A DNA stretch of 64,000 bases. It comes from an uncultured Bacteroides sp. GTDB taxonomy: Bacteria > Bacteroidota > Bacteroidia > Bacteroidales > Muribaculaceae. Within the stretch, counting starts at the first letter, position 1, and every line of letters starts with the position of its first letter. The stretch lies in contig CAYMNF010000003.1 in the NCBI GenBank assembly GCA_964391735.1, positions 2,798 through 66,797 on the forward strand, read 5' to 3'. Positions 39,581 through 48,757 of the stretch are shown here, in pieces. Made by a program: the position numbers and the translations under genes. Below the pieces are notes generated by a model. It had not been told where the DNA came from, did not search any database, and saw only the letters and a list, made by a program, of their open reading frames with translations.

Positions 39581-40737
39581 CTTGTTAAAAAAGCTACATG
39601 AGCCGGGATGTCGCCGGTGCGCACGCTCCACTTCAGGGTGCCTTGCCTCGTGAAACAGTACAGGGTCCCTGAGGAGACATAATTCTTTGCATCGGTGACA
39701 AAAATATCTCCCGTCTCGGGATGCACGGCTATGCCGTATGGCCTGGAAATCATGCGCCGGGTTTCTTCGGCTATAAAACTGTTTGAGACAAGTTGCTTGG
39801 TGCGCACGTCAATCACGCCATAGCTGACAGTGTTGGTGAGGGTCACATCGCTCCATTGCGTTGAGATTACCAACAGTGAGTCTCCCGAAAAAGCCATGCT
39901 TGAACAGGGTATGTTCAGCGTGTCGGTGACAGCAAGCCGGCTGTGCCCCGGTTTTTTGTCAAGCACAAAGATGCGCGAAGGTATCTCCTCATGGTTGCCG
40001 CCGGATGTTACCCACACTTTGCCATACCGGTCCTTTTTGCAGCCATGCAGGTTTATGCCTACCGGTATCTGCTCAACTTGCTTGAAGTCAGACAGTTTAA
40101 TCACCGAGACCGTGTGGTCATAGTTCGGCGCACGGTATCCCCCTGAGTTTGCAACGTACATATACTCCCCGACCACGGCCATCTCTTCAGGCTGGTATCC
40201 CACCGACACCTGCCGCGTCACCTTTAGCTGCAGGGTGTCAACCTCATAGACAGCGCCCTTGGGAGCATCGGGTGAGACATGCACGGGGCCGACATAGCTG
40301 CTGACGTAGGCCCGCCCGCCGTCAAAGGCTAAGGAACGGCAGTTGGGGATATCAATCTGCCCTAAGCGCACGCCGCTGACGGCATCTAATACCTCAACCT
40401 TGTGTGAGCAGTTAACCACAATATATAGTTTGGAACCGTATATGCCTATGGCATTGCCCACATCACCAAGCTCCTTTATCACACCGGGATTCTTCTCGGC
40501 ATATATGTTGCGGCAATACAGGCCTGTGAGGTAGTCATAGAAATCAACCGTGCACTTGTTTGACCCCATATTGCCCTCGTTGACAAGATAGAAACCCACA
40601 ACTTTTGACCCCTCGGGGGCGAAGTCTCCCACCGGCGTATACTCTGTGGGGATGATTACCTCATCCTCACGGCAAGATGCCAAAATTGCGAGCATGAGGC
40701 ATATAAGCAGTTTGCCGGGCAGCGCGGGTCGTATCAT
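39577..40737 (-). CDS. YncE-like beta-propeller lipoprotein
   Basis: 386 aa with lipobox LASC followed by REDE and repeated blade-like segments (LYIVVNCSHKVEVLD, AYVSSYVGP, MYVANSGGY, VWVTSGGN, IFVTDAKNY). ATGA overlap with the TBDR stop. Confidence 0.6.
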   Translation of the reverse strand: MIRPALPGKLLICLMLAILASCREDEVIIPTEYTPVGDFAPEGSKVVGFYLVNEGNMGSNKCTVDFYDYLTGLYCRNIYAEKNPGVIKELGDVGNAIGIYGSKLYIVVNCSHKVEVLDAVSGVRLGQIDIPNCRSLAFDGGRAYVSSYVGPVHVSPDAPKGAVYEVDTLQLKVTRQVSVGYQPEEMAVVGEYMYVANSGGYRAPNYDHTVSVIKLSDFKQVEQIPVGINLHGCKKDRYGKVWVTSGGNHEEIPSRIFVLDKKPGHSRLAVTDTLNIPCSSMAFSGDSLLVISTQWSDVTLTNTVSYGVIDVRTKQLVSNSFIAEETRRMISRPYGIAVHPETGDIFVTDAKNYVSSGTLYCFTRQGTLKWSVRTGDIPAHVAFLTR

Positions 40738-42737
40738 ATATCAACTGACAATGTTATGCGAAAGTTGCGCTTGGGCATCGGGTAGTTGAGGATAACGTCA
40801 TAGTCCTGGCTGAAAAGGTTGTTGACCTCAACGAGGGCACGACAATGTACGTTATTGAACCTAAAGTCGCGGCTCACGCTAAGGTCTGAAGTGTACCACG
40901 GTTGCACATAGTTATAACGTATATTTTCCTGCTGGCTATACCTCCCCCCTACATAAATCCAACTGTAATTAAGCCCCCATTCTCTCCATTGCAAATTTAC
41001 CACGGCCGACCCGCTGTGTCGGGGTATGTAGGGAATCTGGTCGCGATAATAATTGTCAGCCGGGTCTGTGACGTCGATTGCCCGTTGCCATGTATATTGG
41101 CAGCGCAGGGTTATGTCAAGCTCCTTTGCCGGGGAGAGCGTTATCAGGGCCGAGAGGTCAATTCCGCGAATGTCGACCTTGCCCAGGTTCAGCATGGTCC
41201 ACCTGAACTGCTGCCCCTTGGGGTAGGCCACTATTTTGTTTTTCACGCGGTTGTAATATGCGTCAGCGCTCACGCGCAGGGCCGAAATCAACTTTCCGCT
41301 CCACCCCTTGTCATATACTGCCCCGAGGTTGTATTGCGCGACATGCTCCGGGTCAAGCCGTGAGTTACCCATATCGGCATAATACAGGTCGTTGAAGGTG
41401 GGCATCCTGAAGGACTTTTTGTAGAACGCCCTCAACGACAGGTCGGTGCTGCGCAACGGGTAGCCGCTGAGGTATAGTGCCGGCGTGAAGGCTTGCCGGT
41501 TGTCGGCGTGGGGCTTCCCTTCAATGCGGTCATGTACAAAGGTGGCCAAGGCACTTCCCTGGGCCTGGAAGCGGCCTAAGTTGACATCGGCCGCCAAAGA
41601 CACCAGGTTGGTAAATCGGTCGGGCTTGGCAAACCCCGCCACATCAGTCAACAGGCTGTTCCACTTGAAGTCGTATGCCAGGGCCAGATTCACTTTCTCC
41701 ACCAGACTGTATGAGTTGGCTGACGAGAAATACACCTCACGTTGCCGGTATAGGTTGTCAACCCGCATTTGCTTGTCATCATTGTTGACGTAATGGGTGC
41801 GGTAGAAGGCATACTTTGCCGTCAGCAACCCGCTCCATCGCCCTGCAAAAAGATGCCCGTTTCCCTGGACAAAAGAGTTCGTATCCCAGATGCGCTCCCC
41901 GCGCCGCCACACATTGTTGACGATTGCCCCCGGCACACCCCTCTCTGAGTTGTAGTTGTACCCCTTCAGTGTCCATGTGCCTATGCGGGTGTTGCCAAAG
42001 AGGTTTAGCTCAAGGCGCGTGGCATTGACATCGCCGTTTTGGCGCGTGGCCGTGGTGTCGTAGGCAACCTCGCCCGACGGGTTTTTGCGACGGTATCTGA
42101 AGCGGTATTTACCCGATGAGTTGAGCCACTCGGCGCTGAGTGAGGCATTGACATTTTGCGACAGTTTTAGCTCAACCACCGCCGAGGGGTTTAGCAGCGA
42201 GAACGAGCCGAAGCGCAATGTGCCGCGCACATGGTAGCTCTCGGTCTCGGCAAAGCGCGGACGTCTTGTTGTCATATATATCTGGCCGGCGTTGCCAAAG
42301 TCTGAGGCCGGTTGCAGGATGCGGCTTTTCTGCCCGTTGTGCAACGACAGGGACTCCATGTTGTCAAGCGAGAACTGCCCAAGGTCAATTTGCCCGTTCT
42401 GGGCATTCCCGAGGGCCACCCCGTCATACACCACACCGGTGTGGTTGGTGCCCATCGAGCGTATGTTTACCGTCTTTATACCCCCGACGCCGCCATAGTC
42501 CTTTACCTGAACCCCCGAGAAGTATCGCAGGGCATCGGCAACCGAATTGGTGTTGAGGCGCTGCAGCTCCTCCCCTTTCAGGGTCTGCACGGGGATGACA
42601 TCGGCCTTGGCACTGCGGGCCGTCACCACAACCTCACTGAGTTTGACACTGTCAGGCATGGCCTCCTGTTGCCCCCGAACGGTCAGGGGGAGCCATGTCG
42701 TTAAAAACAGTATCAGGGCGGGTAGGGGAGTGCGCAT
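40734..42737 (-). CDS. TonB-dependent receptor (plug plus 22-strand-barrel size class, BtuB/siderophore-like)
   Basis: The plug reads VVVTARSAKADVIPVQTLKGEELQRL...SVADALRYFSGVQVKDYGGVGGIKTVNIRSMG. About 667 aa from the internal Met (MRTPLPALILFLTTWLPLTVRGQ). The longer model to 42797 would overlap the upstream gene by 44 nt. Confidence 0.85.
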   Translation of the reverse strand: MRTPLPALILFLTTWLPLTVRGQQEAMPDSVKLSEVVVTARSAKADVIPVQTLKGEELQRLNTNSVADALRYFSGVQVKDYGGVGGIKTVNIRSMGTNHTGVVYDGVALGNAQNGQIDLGQFSLDNMESLSLHNGQKSRILQPASDFGNAGQIYMTTRRPRFAETESYHVRGTLRFGSFSLLNPSAVVELKLSQNVNASLSAEWLNSSGKYRFRYRRKNPSGEVAYDTTATRQNGDVNATRLELNLFGNTRIGTWTLKGYNYNSERGVPGAIVNNVWRRGERIWDTNSFVQGNGHLFAGRWSGLLTAKYAFYRTHYVNNDDKQMRVDNLYRQREVYFSSANSYSLVEKVNLALAYDFKWNSLLTDVAGFAKPDRFTNLVSLAADVNLGRFQAQGSALATFVHDRIEGKPHADNRQAFTPALYLSGYPLRSTDLSLRAFYKKSFRMPTFNDLYYADMGNSRLDPEHVAQYNLGAVYDKGWSGKLISALRVSADAYYNRVKNKIVAYPKGQQFRWTMLNLGKVDIRGIDLSALITLSPAKELDITLRCQYTWQRAIDVTDPADNYYRDQIPYIPRHSGSAVVNLQWREWGLNYSWIYVGGRYSQQENIRYNYVQPWYTSDLSVSRDFRFNNVHCRALVEVNNLFSQDYDVILNYPMPKRNFRITLSVDI

Positions 42738-42753
42738 GCTGTTGCTGATTGTT

Positions 42754-44298
42754 TTATTCCGGCACCGACAGGGCCTGAGCGGCGCGGATGCCGTCAAGGG
42801 CTGCTGAAACTATTCCGCCGGCATACCCGGCACCCTCCCCGGTGGGGTATAAACCCTCAACCGACTGCATGGTCTGCGGATTGCGGGTGATGCGCACGGG
42901 GGCCGATGTGCGGGTCTCATTGCCTACAACCAGGGCCTCGGGGGTAAGGAATCCGGGCTGCTTGCGGTTGAACTCCCTAAACCCGCGTTGCAGGCGCGTT
43001 GCAACCTGCGGCGGCAGAAGGCGGTCAACGCGTGCGGCATGTACCCCCGGCTGATAGCTGCTTTGCGGCAAGCTGCCTGATGGGCGACCCTCGACAAAGT
43101 CGGTCATGCGTTGGGCCGGGGCATTTTGGCTGTTTGAGTCCTCAAAAAACCGCTTCTCGATTTGCTGCTGCCATTCCATTACCCGCAATGGTGAGTCGCC
43201 CGGCAGGTCCTCAGGCAATACCTCCACCACCATCCCCGAATTGGCACGTTGGCCGGTACGCCCGGCGTCACTCATGCCGTTTACCACCATCTCACCCGGC
43301 GCACTTGCCGCCGGGACAATCGTTCCACCGGGGCACATGCAGAAACTGTACACCCCGCGCCCGTAAACACGCGTCAGCATCGAGTATTCTGCAGGGGGCA
43401 AAAACCTGCCGCGCCCGTCAGGCCGGTGGTATTGCAAGGCGTCAATAAGTTTCTGGGGATGCTCAAGGCGCACACCCACGGCTATGCCCTTGGCCTCAAG
43501 CGGAACACCCGCGGCATGCAACATGCGGTACACGTCCCGCGCCGAGTGGCCTGTGGCCAAAATCACCCCAATGCCGGTATACGTATCCCCGTTGGCGGTC
43601 ACTACCCCCGTCACGCGGTTGTTATCCATTACCAACCCCTCAACACGGGTGTTGAACAGTACCTTACCGCCACAACGCTCAATGGTGTGGCGCATATCCT
43701 TCACCACACCTGGCAATCGGTTTGAGCCGATGTGTGGGTGTCGCTCCACCAAAATATCCTCGGGCGCTCCATGTTGATGCAGAATTTGCAGTACGCGTCC
43801 CACATCGCCACGTTTTGTTGAGCGGGTATAAAGCTTGCCGTCGCTGAAAGTGCCGGCACCCCCCTCGCCAAAGCAGTAGTTTGAGTCGGGGTCCACCACA
43901 TCCTCGCGGGCAATGCGCGCCACATCCTTGCGGCGGCTGTCCACATCCTTCCCCCGCTCAAGCACCAAGGGGCGTATGCCGCGGGTTATCAGCTCGAGGG
44001 CCGCAAACAGGCCTGCCGGCCCGGCACCCACCACCACAGCTTGCGGAGCATCGTCGGGTAGCGGCTTGAAGTCAACGGGGTTCGACAGGGGATGCTCAGG
44101 CATAGGCTCGCCGACCCACACACGCATGGACACATTCAGCATTACCCGCCGCTGACGGGCGTCAACCGATCGGCCCGTCACCTTCACCCCGCGGATGTCG
44201 GCCGGGGGAATGCCCAACATCTGTGCCGCCTCACGCGTCAGCACCTCCGGGTCAGCGGCTTGCCGCGGTGTCAGGCGTATTTGCAAATCCTTTACCAT
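42754..44298 (-). CDS. NAD(P)/FAD-dependent oxidoreductase (COG2509-like)
   Basis: VVVGAGPAGLFAALEL dinucleotide-binding motif, CFGEGGAGTFSDGKLYTRS and YPTGEGAGYAGGIVSAALDG. Confidence 0.8.
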   Translation of the reverse strand: MVKDLQIRLTPRQAADPEVLTREAAQMLGIPPADIRGVKVTGRSVDARQRRVMLNVSMRVWVGEPMPEHPLSNPVDFKPLPDDAPQAVVVGAGPAGLFAALELITRGIRPLVLERGKDVDSRRKDVARIAREDVVDPDSNYCFGEGGAGTFSDGKLYTRSTKRGDVGRVLQILHQHGAPEDILVERHPHIGSNRLPGVVKDMRHTIERCGGKVLFNTRVEGLVMDNNRVTGVVTANGDTYTGIGVILATGHSARDVYRMLHAAGVPLEAKGIAVGVRLEHPQKLIDALQYHRPDGRGRFLPPAEYSMLTRVYGRGVYSFCMCPGGTIVPAASAPGEMVVNGMSDAGRTGQRANSGMVVEVLPEDLPGDSPLRVMEWQQQIEKRFFEDSNSQNAPAQRMTDFVEGRPSGSLPQSSYQPGVHAARVDRLLPPQVATRLQRGFREFNRKQPGFLTPEALVVGNETRTSAPVRITRNPQTMQSVEGLYPTGEGAGYAGGIVSAALDGIRAAQALSVPE

Positions 44299-44317
44299 TG
44301 CCTGTAATTTTACCCCA

Positions 44318-44325
44318 CAAAAGTA
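44318..44325 (-). promoter_or_regulatory. Candidate -7 promoter box (TACTTTTG) for the oxidoreductase-TBDR transcription unit
   Basis: Plus strand reads CAAAAGTA, 20 nt upstream of the ATG at 44298. Confidence 0.4.
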
Positions 44326-44354
44326 ATCAAAATTTTTTCTACCTTTGCCGCTAA

Positions 44355-45305
44355 ATGTGCAAAGAAGATATTATCCTTGACGTTGACCGCGTCAGCAAAC
44401 ACTTTACGGGCAAGACGGCCCTCGACGATATATCCCTGAGTGTGCCGCGCGGCACAGTTTACGGTTTGCTTGGGCCCAACGGTGCCGGCAAGACGACCTT
44501 GCTCAGAATAATCAACCACATCACTGCTCCCGACACGGGGCGTGTGCTCTTCAACGGGCATCAACTTACCCAGGACGACGTCCACAACATCGGCTACTTG
44601 CCCGAGGAGCGTGGATTGTACAAAAAGATGAAAGTCGGGGAACAGGCCATGTACTTTGCCCGCCTCAAAGGCCTTTCAAAGGCCGAGGCCCGCAAGCGCC
44701 TGCTTGAGTGGTTTGACCGCTTTGGCATTCGGGACTGGTGGGGCCGCAAGGTTGAGGAACTGTCAAAGGGTATGGCCCAGAAGGTGCAGTTCATAGTAAC
44801 TGTGCTGCATCGGCCCCCGTTGTTGATTTTTGACGAGCCCTTCTCGGGTTTTGACCCTATAAACGCCAATCTGCTTAAGGAGGAGATTCTGGCTCTGAAA
44901 GACGCCGGGGCCACCGTGATTTTCTCAACACACAACATGGCGTCGGTTGAGGAGGTCTGCGACCACATCACCCTGATTAACAACGGCCGGAATGTCCTGT
45001 CGGGCAATGTCGAAGCCCTGCGCCGTGACTACTTCGGCAACCGTTATGAGCTTGTATTCACCGGCGATGCACAGGCATTGCTCACCGCCCTTGAGCCATA
45101 CGTCACCGAGGCTGCCGCGTTGCCCCCCGGCTCTGACGGTGAGATGCGCCTGTCTGTGAAGCTTAAGGACAGCGATGCACGCCGACCCGCTATCGCCACG
45201 GCAAACAACATTGTTGACCTCAACACATTTGCTCCGGCAATGGCCTCTATGAATCAAATATTTATACGTACGGTGCAAAGCACCCGAGACAACGCAGCAC
45301 AATGA
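44355..45305 (+). CDS. ABC transporter ATP-binding protein (ABC-2/NatA-like)
   Basis: GPNGAGKTT Walker A, LSKGMAQKV signature and LLIFDEP Walker B. Confidence 0.9.
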   Translation: MCKEDIILDVDRVSKHFTGKTALDDISLSVPRGTVYGLLGPNGAGKTTLLRIINHITAPDTGRVLFNGHQLTQDDVHNIGYLPEERGLYKKMKVGEQAMYFARLKGLSKAEARKRLLEWFDRFGIRDWWGRKVEELSKGMAQKVQFIVTVLHRPPLLIFDEPFSGFDPINANLLKEEILALKDAGATVIFSTHNMASVEEVCDHITLINNGRNVLSGNVEALRRDYFGNRYELVFTGDAQALLTALEPYVTEAAALPPGSDGEMRLSVKLKDSDARRPAIATANNIVDLNTFAPAMASMNQIFIRTVQSTRDNAAQ

Positions 45306-46618
45306 GCAAGACCGGCTTAGTGATAGCGCGCGAGTATCGTGAGCGCGTAGCAAAGAAAAGTTTCATAATCACCACCATCATCACACCCATCCTCATGCTG
45401 GGACTGATGATGGCTCCCGCTCTGTTGATGACTATGGGTGGCGATACTACCACGGTGATGGTGGTTGACAACAGCGGTCTTGTGGCCGACAAACTGATTG
45501 ACGACAGCGACGTGCACTTTGTCCCGGCCCCGAGGGACGTGAATATCGAGACCGTTACCGACATGCCGGCCGACACCATCGATGCCGTGTTGATTATTCC
45601 CGAGGATGTTGTGGACCGGCATAACGTGCGACTCACCATGTACAGCGACGGCCCCGCCGGTGTTAAGCTTGAGTCAGCGATAACCGAACGCGTCAATGGC
45701 ATTGTGCGCGATGAGCGCCTTACACGTCAGGACATCAAGGACATTGACAAAATCCTTGAGGAGGCCCAGGGGGATGTGGCTATTGCACTTGTGCGCACCG
45801 ACAAGAATGCTGCCGAACAAGACTCAACCGAACTGTCCTCAGGCCTCGGTATAGCGCTGACCTTCGTCCTGTACATGTTCCTGCTATTATACGGCCAAAT
45901 GGTGATGACCTCAATCATCGAGGAAAAGAATAACCGCGTGCTTGAGGTGGTTGTCAGCTCGGTGCGTCCTACCCAGCTGATGCTCGGCAAGATTACCGGT
46001 ATTGCCCTAACCGCAGTGACACAGATTGTGATATGGGGTATTCTGTTGATTGGTATCGCCATGTTCGTTCTCCCCGCGGTTCTCAGCCCCGAGATGATGG
46101 CCGATGTGGCTGCGGTACAGTCCGGCAATCTTGACGGCGTCTCTGACGGGGCCAACATATCTGCTTTGCAAACCATCGGCAAGGCAACCGACATCGGCAA
46201 TATCATTTCGCTGTTAGGGCTGATGACTGTGTATCTGATCTTGGGATTCTTCTTCTACTCAGCCATCTATGCCGCCATAGGCTCTTCGGTAGACAACATA
46301 CAGGATGCCTCACAGTTGCAAACCGTCATTGTCCTGCCAATCGTCCTTGGTATGATATGCTCCATGGGGGCCGTTGCATCGCCTGACTCACCCCTGTCTT
46401 TCTGGACCTCAATGATTCCCTTCACCTCCCCCATGGTGATGATGGCCCGTATACCCTTCGGCATCCCGGCCTGGCAGGTATGTACCTCACTGGCGGTGCT
46501 TGCCGTGTCATTCCTGGGGATGGTATGGCTTGCCGCAAAGGTGTATCGCGTGGGTATCTTCATGTACGGTAAGAAGCCCACCCTGCGCGACCTCTGGATG
46601 TGGATACGTTACAAGTAA
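45302..46618 (+). CDS. ABC-2 type transporter permease (NatB-like)
   Basis: 438 aa with an N-terminal TM helix, a large extracytoplasmic loop and about five C-terminal TM helices. 4-nt overlap with the ATPase gene. Confidence 0.8.
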   Translation: MSKTGLVIAREYRERVAKKSFIITTIITPILMLGLMMAPALLMTMGGDTTTVMVVDNSGLVADKLIDDSDVHFVPAPRDVNIETVTDMPADTIDAVLIIPEDVVDRHNVRLTMYSDGPAGVKLESAITERVNGIVRDERLTRQDIKDIDKILEEAQGDVAIALVRTDKNAAEQDSTELSSGLGIALTFVLYMFLLLYGQMVMTSIIEEKNNRVLEVVVSSVRPTQLMLGKITGIALTAVTQIVIWGILLIGIAMFVLPAVLSPEMMADVAAVQSGNLDGVSDGANISALQTIGKATDIGNIISLLGLMTVYLILGFFFYSAIYAAIGSSVDNIQDASQLQTVIVLPIVLGMICSMGAVASPDSPLSFWTSMIPFTSPMVMMARIPFGIPAWQVCTSLAVLAVSFLGMVWLAAKVYRVGIFMYGKKPTLRDLWMWIRYK

Positions 46619-46777
46619 CCCGCCCGTGGCCCCGGGGTTAAAATTTGTTTAGACAAACAACATTCCCCGGGTATTCAGCGTTAAAGGAATGTCTTTTTGC
46701 AGACAAATACACAACAACATGTGCCAAACAGGCCAATATTCCCCTGCATAACATTTGCAGAATTAAGGGAATAGGCC

Positions 46778-46785
46778 TAAATTTG
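46778..46785 (+). promoter_or_regulatory. Candidate -7 box (TAAATTTG) with TTTG at 46754..46757 for rpoD
   Basis: TAnnTTTG lies 20 nt upstream of the ATG, with a -33-like TTTG 20 nt upstream of the -7 box. Confidence 0.4.
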
Positions 46786-46804
46786 CGCGCCTAAATATTT
46801 TTGC

Positions 46805-47665
46805 ATGCGACAACTAAAAATAGGGAGATCCATTACCAACCGCGAAAGCCAGTCCCTGGACAAGTATCTGCAGGAGATTGGACGCGAGGAACTTATATCA
46901 GTTGAGGAAGAGGTTGAATTGGCACAACGCATTCGCCAAGGCGACCAACGCGCCCTTGACAAACTGACAAAGGCAAACCTGCGCTTTGTGGTGTCGGTTG
47001 CCAAACAGTATCAGAATCAGGGCCTTGCGCTCCCCGACCTTATTAACGAGGGAAATCTCGGCCTTATCAAAGCCGCCCAGAAGTTTGACGAGACCCGCGG
47101 CTTCAAGTTCATCAGCTATGCTGTGTGGTGGATTCGACAATCTATCCTGCAGGCGTTGGCCGAGCAGAGCCGTATCGTGCGCCTGCCCCTGAACCAGGTT
47201 GGCTCTCTCAACAAGATTTCAAAGGCCCTGAGCAAGTTCGAGCAGGAGCATGAGCGCCGTGCATCCCCCGAGGAGCTGGCCGAGGAGTTGGGAATGCCCG
47301 CCGACAAGGTTATTGAAACCATTAAGGTGTCCGGGCGTCACACCTCAATTGATGCACCCTTTGTTGAGGGCGAGGATAACAGCCTGCTTGATGTGCTGAC
47401 AAACGAGGACAGCCCGACGGCTGACTCGGCCCTGACGCATGAGTCACTGTCAAAGGAGGTTGACCGTGCACTGCATCAGCTCAACGAGCGTGAGCGCGAA
47501 ATCCTGAAGATGTTCTTTGGCATCGGATGCCAGGAGATGACCCTCGAGGAGATCGGTGCCAAATTTGACCTCACGCGCGAGCGCGTGCGTCAGATTAAGG
47601 AGAAAGCTATACGTCGGCTCAAGGGGTCGCGCTCAAAATTGCTGCGCGATTATCTCGGCAGCTGA
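46805..47665 (+). CDS. rpoD: RNA polymerase primary sigma factor (Bacteroidetes sigma-A)
   Basis: 286 aa with [18 protein letters not shown] (region 2), [10 protein letters not shown] and [17 protein letters not shown] (region 4). Confidence 0.93.
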   Translation: MRQLKIGRSITNRESQSLDKYLQEIGREELISVEEEVELAQRIRQGDQRALDKLTKANLRFVVSVAKQYQNQGLALPDLINEGNLGLIKAAQKFDETRGFKFISYAVWWIRQSILQALAEQSRIVRLPLNQVGSLNKISKALSKFEQEHERRASPEELAEELGMPADKVIETIKVSGRHTSIDAPFVEGEDNSLLDVLTNEDSPTADSALTHESLSKEVDRALHQLNEREREILKMFFGIGCQEMTLEEIGAKFDLTRERVRQIKEKAIRRLKGSRSKLLRDYLGS

Positions 47666-48267
47666 TGGCTCCCCACGCCGGACATAATACGCTACACGGG
47701 GCGGAGAAAGAGGTTATTTCCCCTTTCCCCGCCTCTGTTTTTGATATCCATTGTCATCTGCCGGCCCCGCAGCCCGGGCGTATAATATGTCTGGACCCGG
47801 TCGAGGGTATTCCCTCCCTGTTGCCCGACCAATATTACAGCGTGGGCATACACCCGTGGAACGTTTGCCGCGCCGATGACAGTCACCTGCGGACTTTGCA
47901 GCAGTTGGCCGCCGACCCGCGAGTCCTTGCTATCGGCGAGGTCGGGTTTGATACGCTGCGAGCTGAGGATGCCGAGGCAACCTTGGCGCGTCAGCAACTC
48001 CTGGCTGAGCAACACGCCCTCCTGGCCGAGGAACTACACAAGCCCGTGATTTGGCATGTGGTGCGACGCTGGGACCAACTGTTGGCTCTGAAGAAATCCG
48101 TCAGGCCCAAGAGTCCGTGGATAGTTCACGGTTTCACCGGCGGGATGCAACTTGCCGAGCAACTGACACGCGCGGGGATTCACCTGTCGCTGGGGCCCAA
48201 GGCTAACCCCGAGGTGCGCAACGCTTTCCCCCATTTCAGCGAGAGCGATGCCTTGACGCAGCCTTGA
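47665..48267 (+). CDS. TatD-related metal-dependent hydrolase (short form)
   Basis: FDIHCHL, VGIHPW, AIGEVGFD and IVHGFTG motifs. The start overlaps the rpoD stop (TGATG); the exact start is uncertain. Confidence 0.6.
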   Translation: MAPHAGHNTLHGAEKEVISPFPASVFDIHCHLPAPQPGRIICLDPVEGIPSLLPDQYYSVGIHPWNVCRADDSHLRTLQQLAADPRVLAIGEVGFDTLRAEDAEATLARQQLLAEQHALLAEELHKPVIWHVVRRWDQLLALKKSVRPKSPWIVHGFTGGMQLAEQLTRAGIHLSLGPKANPEVRNAFPHFSESDALTQP

Positions 48268-48460
48268 TTTTCCCCGTAATAAAATTTTTTTTGAAAAAAT
48301 TTTCACCCCGACTGAACTTTCCTGCCGGGGTGATGTTATACTTATACAAAAGCGATACAGGCTGCGAATGCACAATGTCTATAACAACTAAAGATATAAC
48401 ACAATTGTCAAGAATAACCGTTTTCATGTATTACTCAAATAATTAAAGATTTATTTTTTT

Positions 48461-48502
48461 CAAGGTGGGAAAATGTCAAAAGCATCTTCCACCTTGTTTT
48501 TT
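48461..48502 (+). terminator. Rho-independent terminator T1
   Basis: CAAGGTGGGAA ... TTCCACCTTG (one bulge) followed by TTTTTT. Confidence 0.6.
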
Positions 48503-48568
48503 AATTTGTTTTGATTGTTGAGAAAGAATAATCCAAACAAGCAACTGAAATTTCCCAATGAACGTGAG

Positions 48569-48605
48569 ACCGTCGGTTACTGCGAAGCACCCGGCGGTTT
48601 TTTTT
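48569..48605 (+). terminator. Rho-independent terminator T2
   Basis: ACCGTCGG ... CCGGCGGT (one G-U, inner TGC-GAA-GCA stem) followed by eight T. Confidence 0.65.
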
Positions 48606-48641
48606 CTGCCCCCTCCCCATTTATCGACAATTTCACCGGAG

Positions 48642-48676
48642 TTATTGACATTTTTGCCCACTTATTGACATTTTTG
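48642..48676 (+). repeat. Direct repeat, 2 x TTATTGACATTTTTG, 20-bp phasing
   Basis: Copies at 48642..48656 and 48662..48676, with a related TTATCGACA at 48621..48629. Confidence 0.7.
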
Positions 48677-48720
48677 TAATTTTTGCCTATTGTTCCACGC
48701 CTAAAATGGTGAAAGTGATA

Positions 48721-48728
48721 TACTTTTG
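48721..48728 (+). promoter_or_regulatory. Candidate -7 promoter box (TACTTTTG) for parAB
   Basis: TAnnTTTG 30 nt upstream of the parA ATG at 48758. Confidence 0.35.
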
Positions 48729-48757
48729 CATCCGTGAAAAAATAATTGTGTATATCA

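Noticed and set aside
42738-42797. Cobalamin or other riboswitch or leader upstream of the TonB-dependent receptor, and the longer TBDR start at 42797.
   Set aside because: Only 16 nt separate the upstream stop (42754) from the Met that begins a normal signal peptide (42737). The longer model would overlap the oxidoreductase by 44 nt and adds a non-signal-like extension. There is no room for an aptamer.
48691-48717. parS-like site TGTTCCACG...GTGAAAG upstream of parA.
   Set aside because: The two half-sites are separated by 9 nt, instead of forming the contiguous 16-bp palindrome TGTTNCACGTGAAACA. I found no full parS match by eye in parAB either.
48268-48757. The chromosomal replication origin (oriC), given A/T richness next to parAB.
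   Set aside because: Only three imperfect DnaA-box-like sequences are present, all in one orientation. No dnaA or dnaN lies nearby, no clear DUE repeats are visible, and strand bias cannot be assessed from one window. It is kept only as an alternative in a finding.
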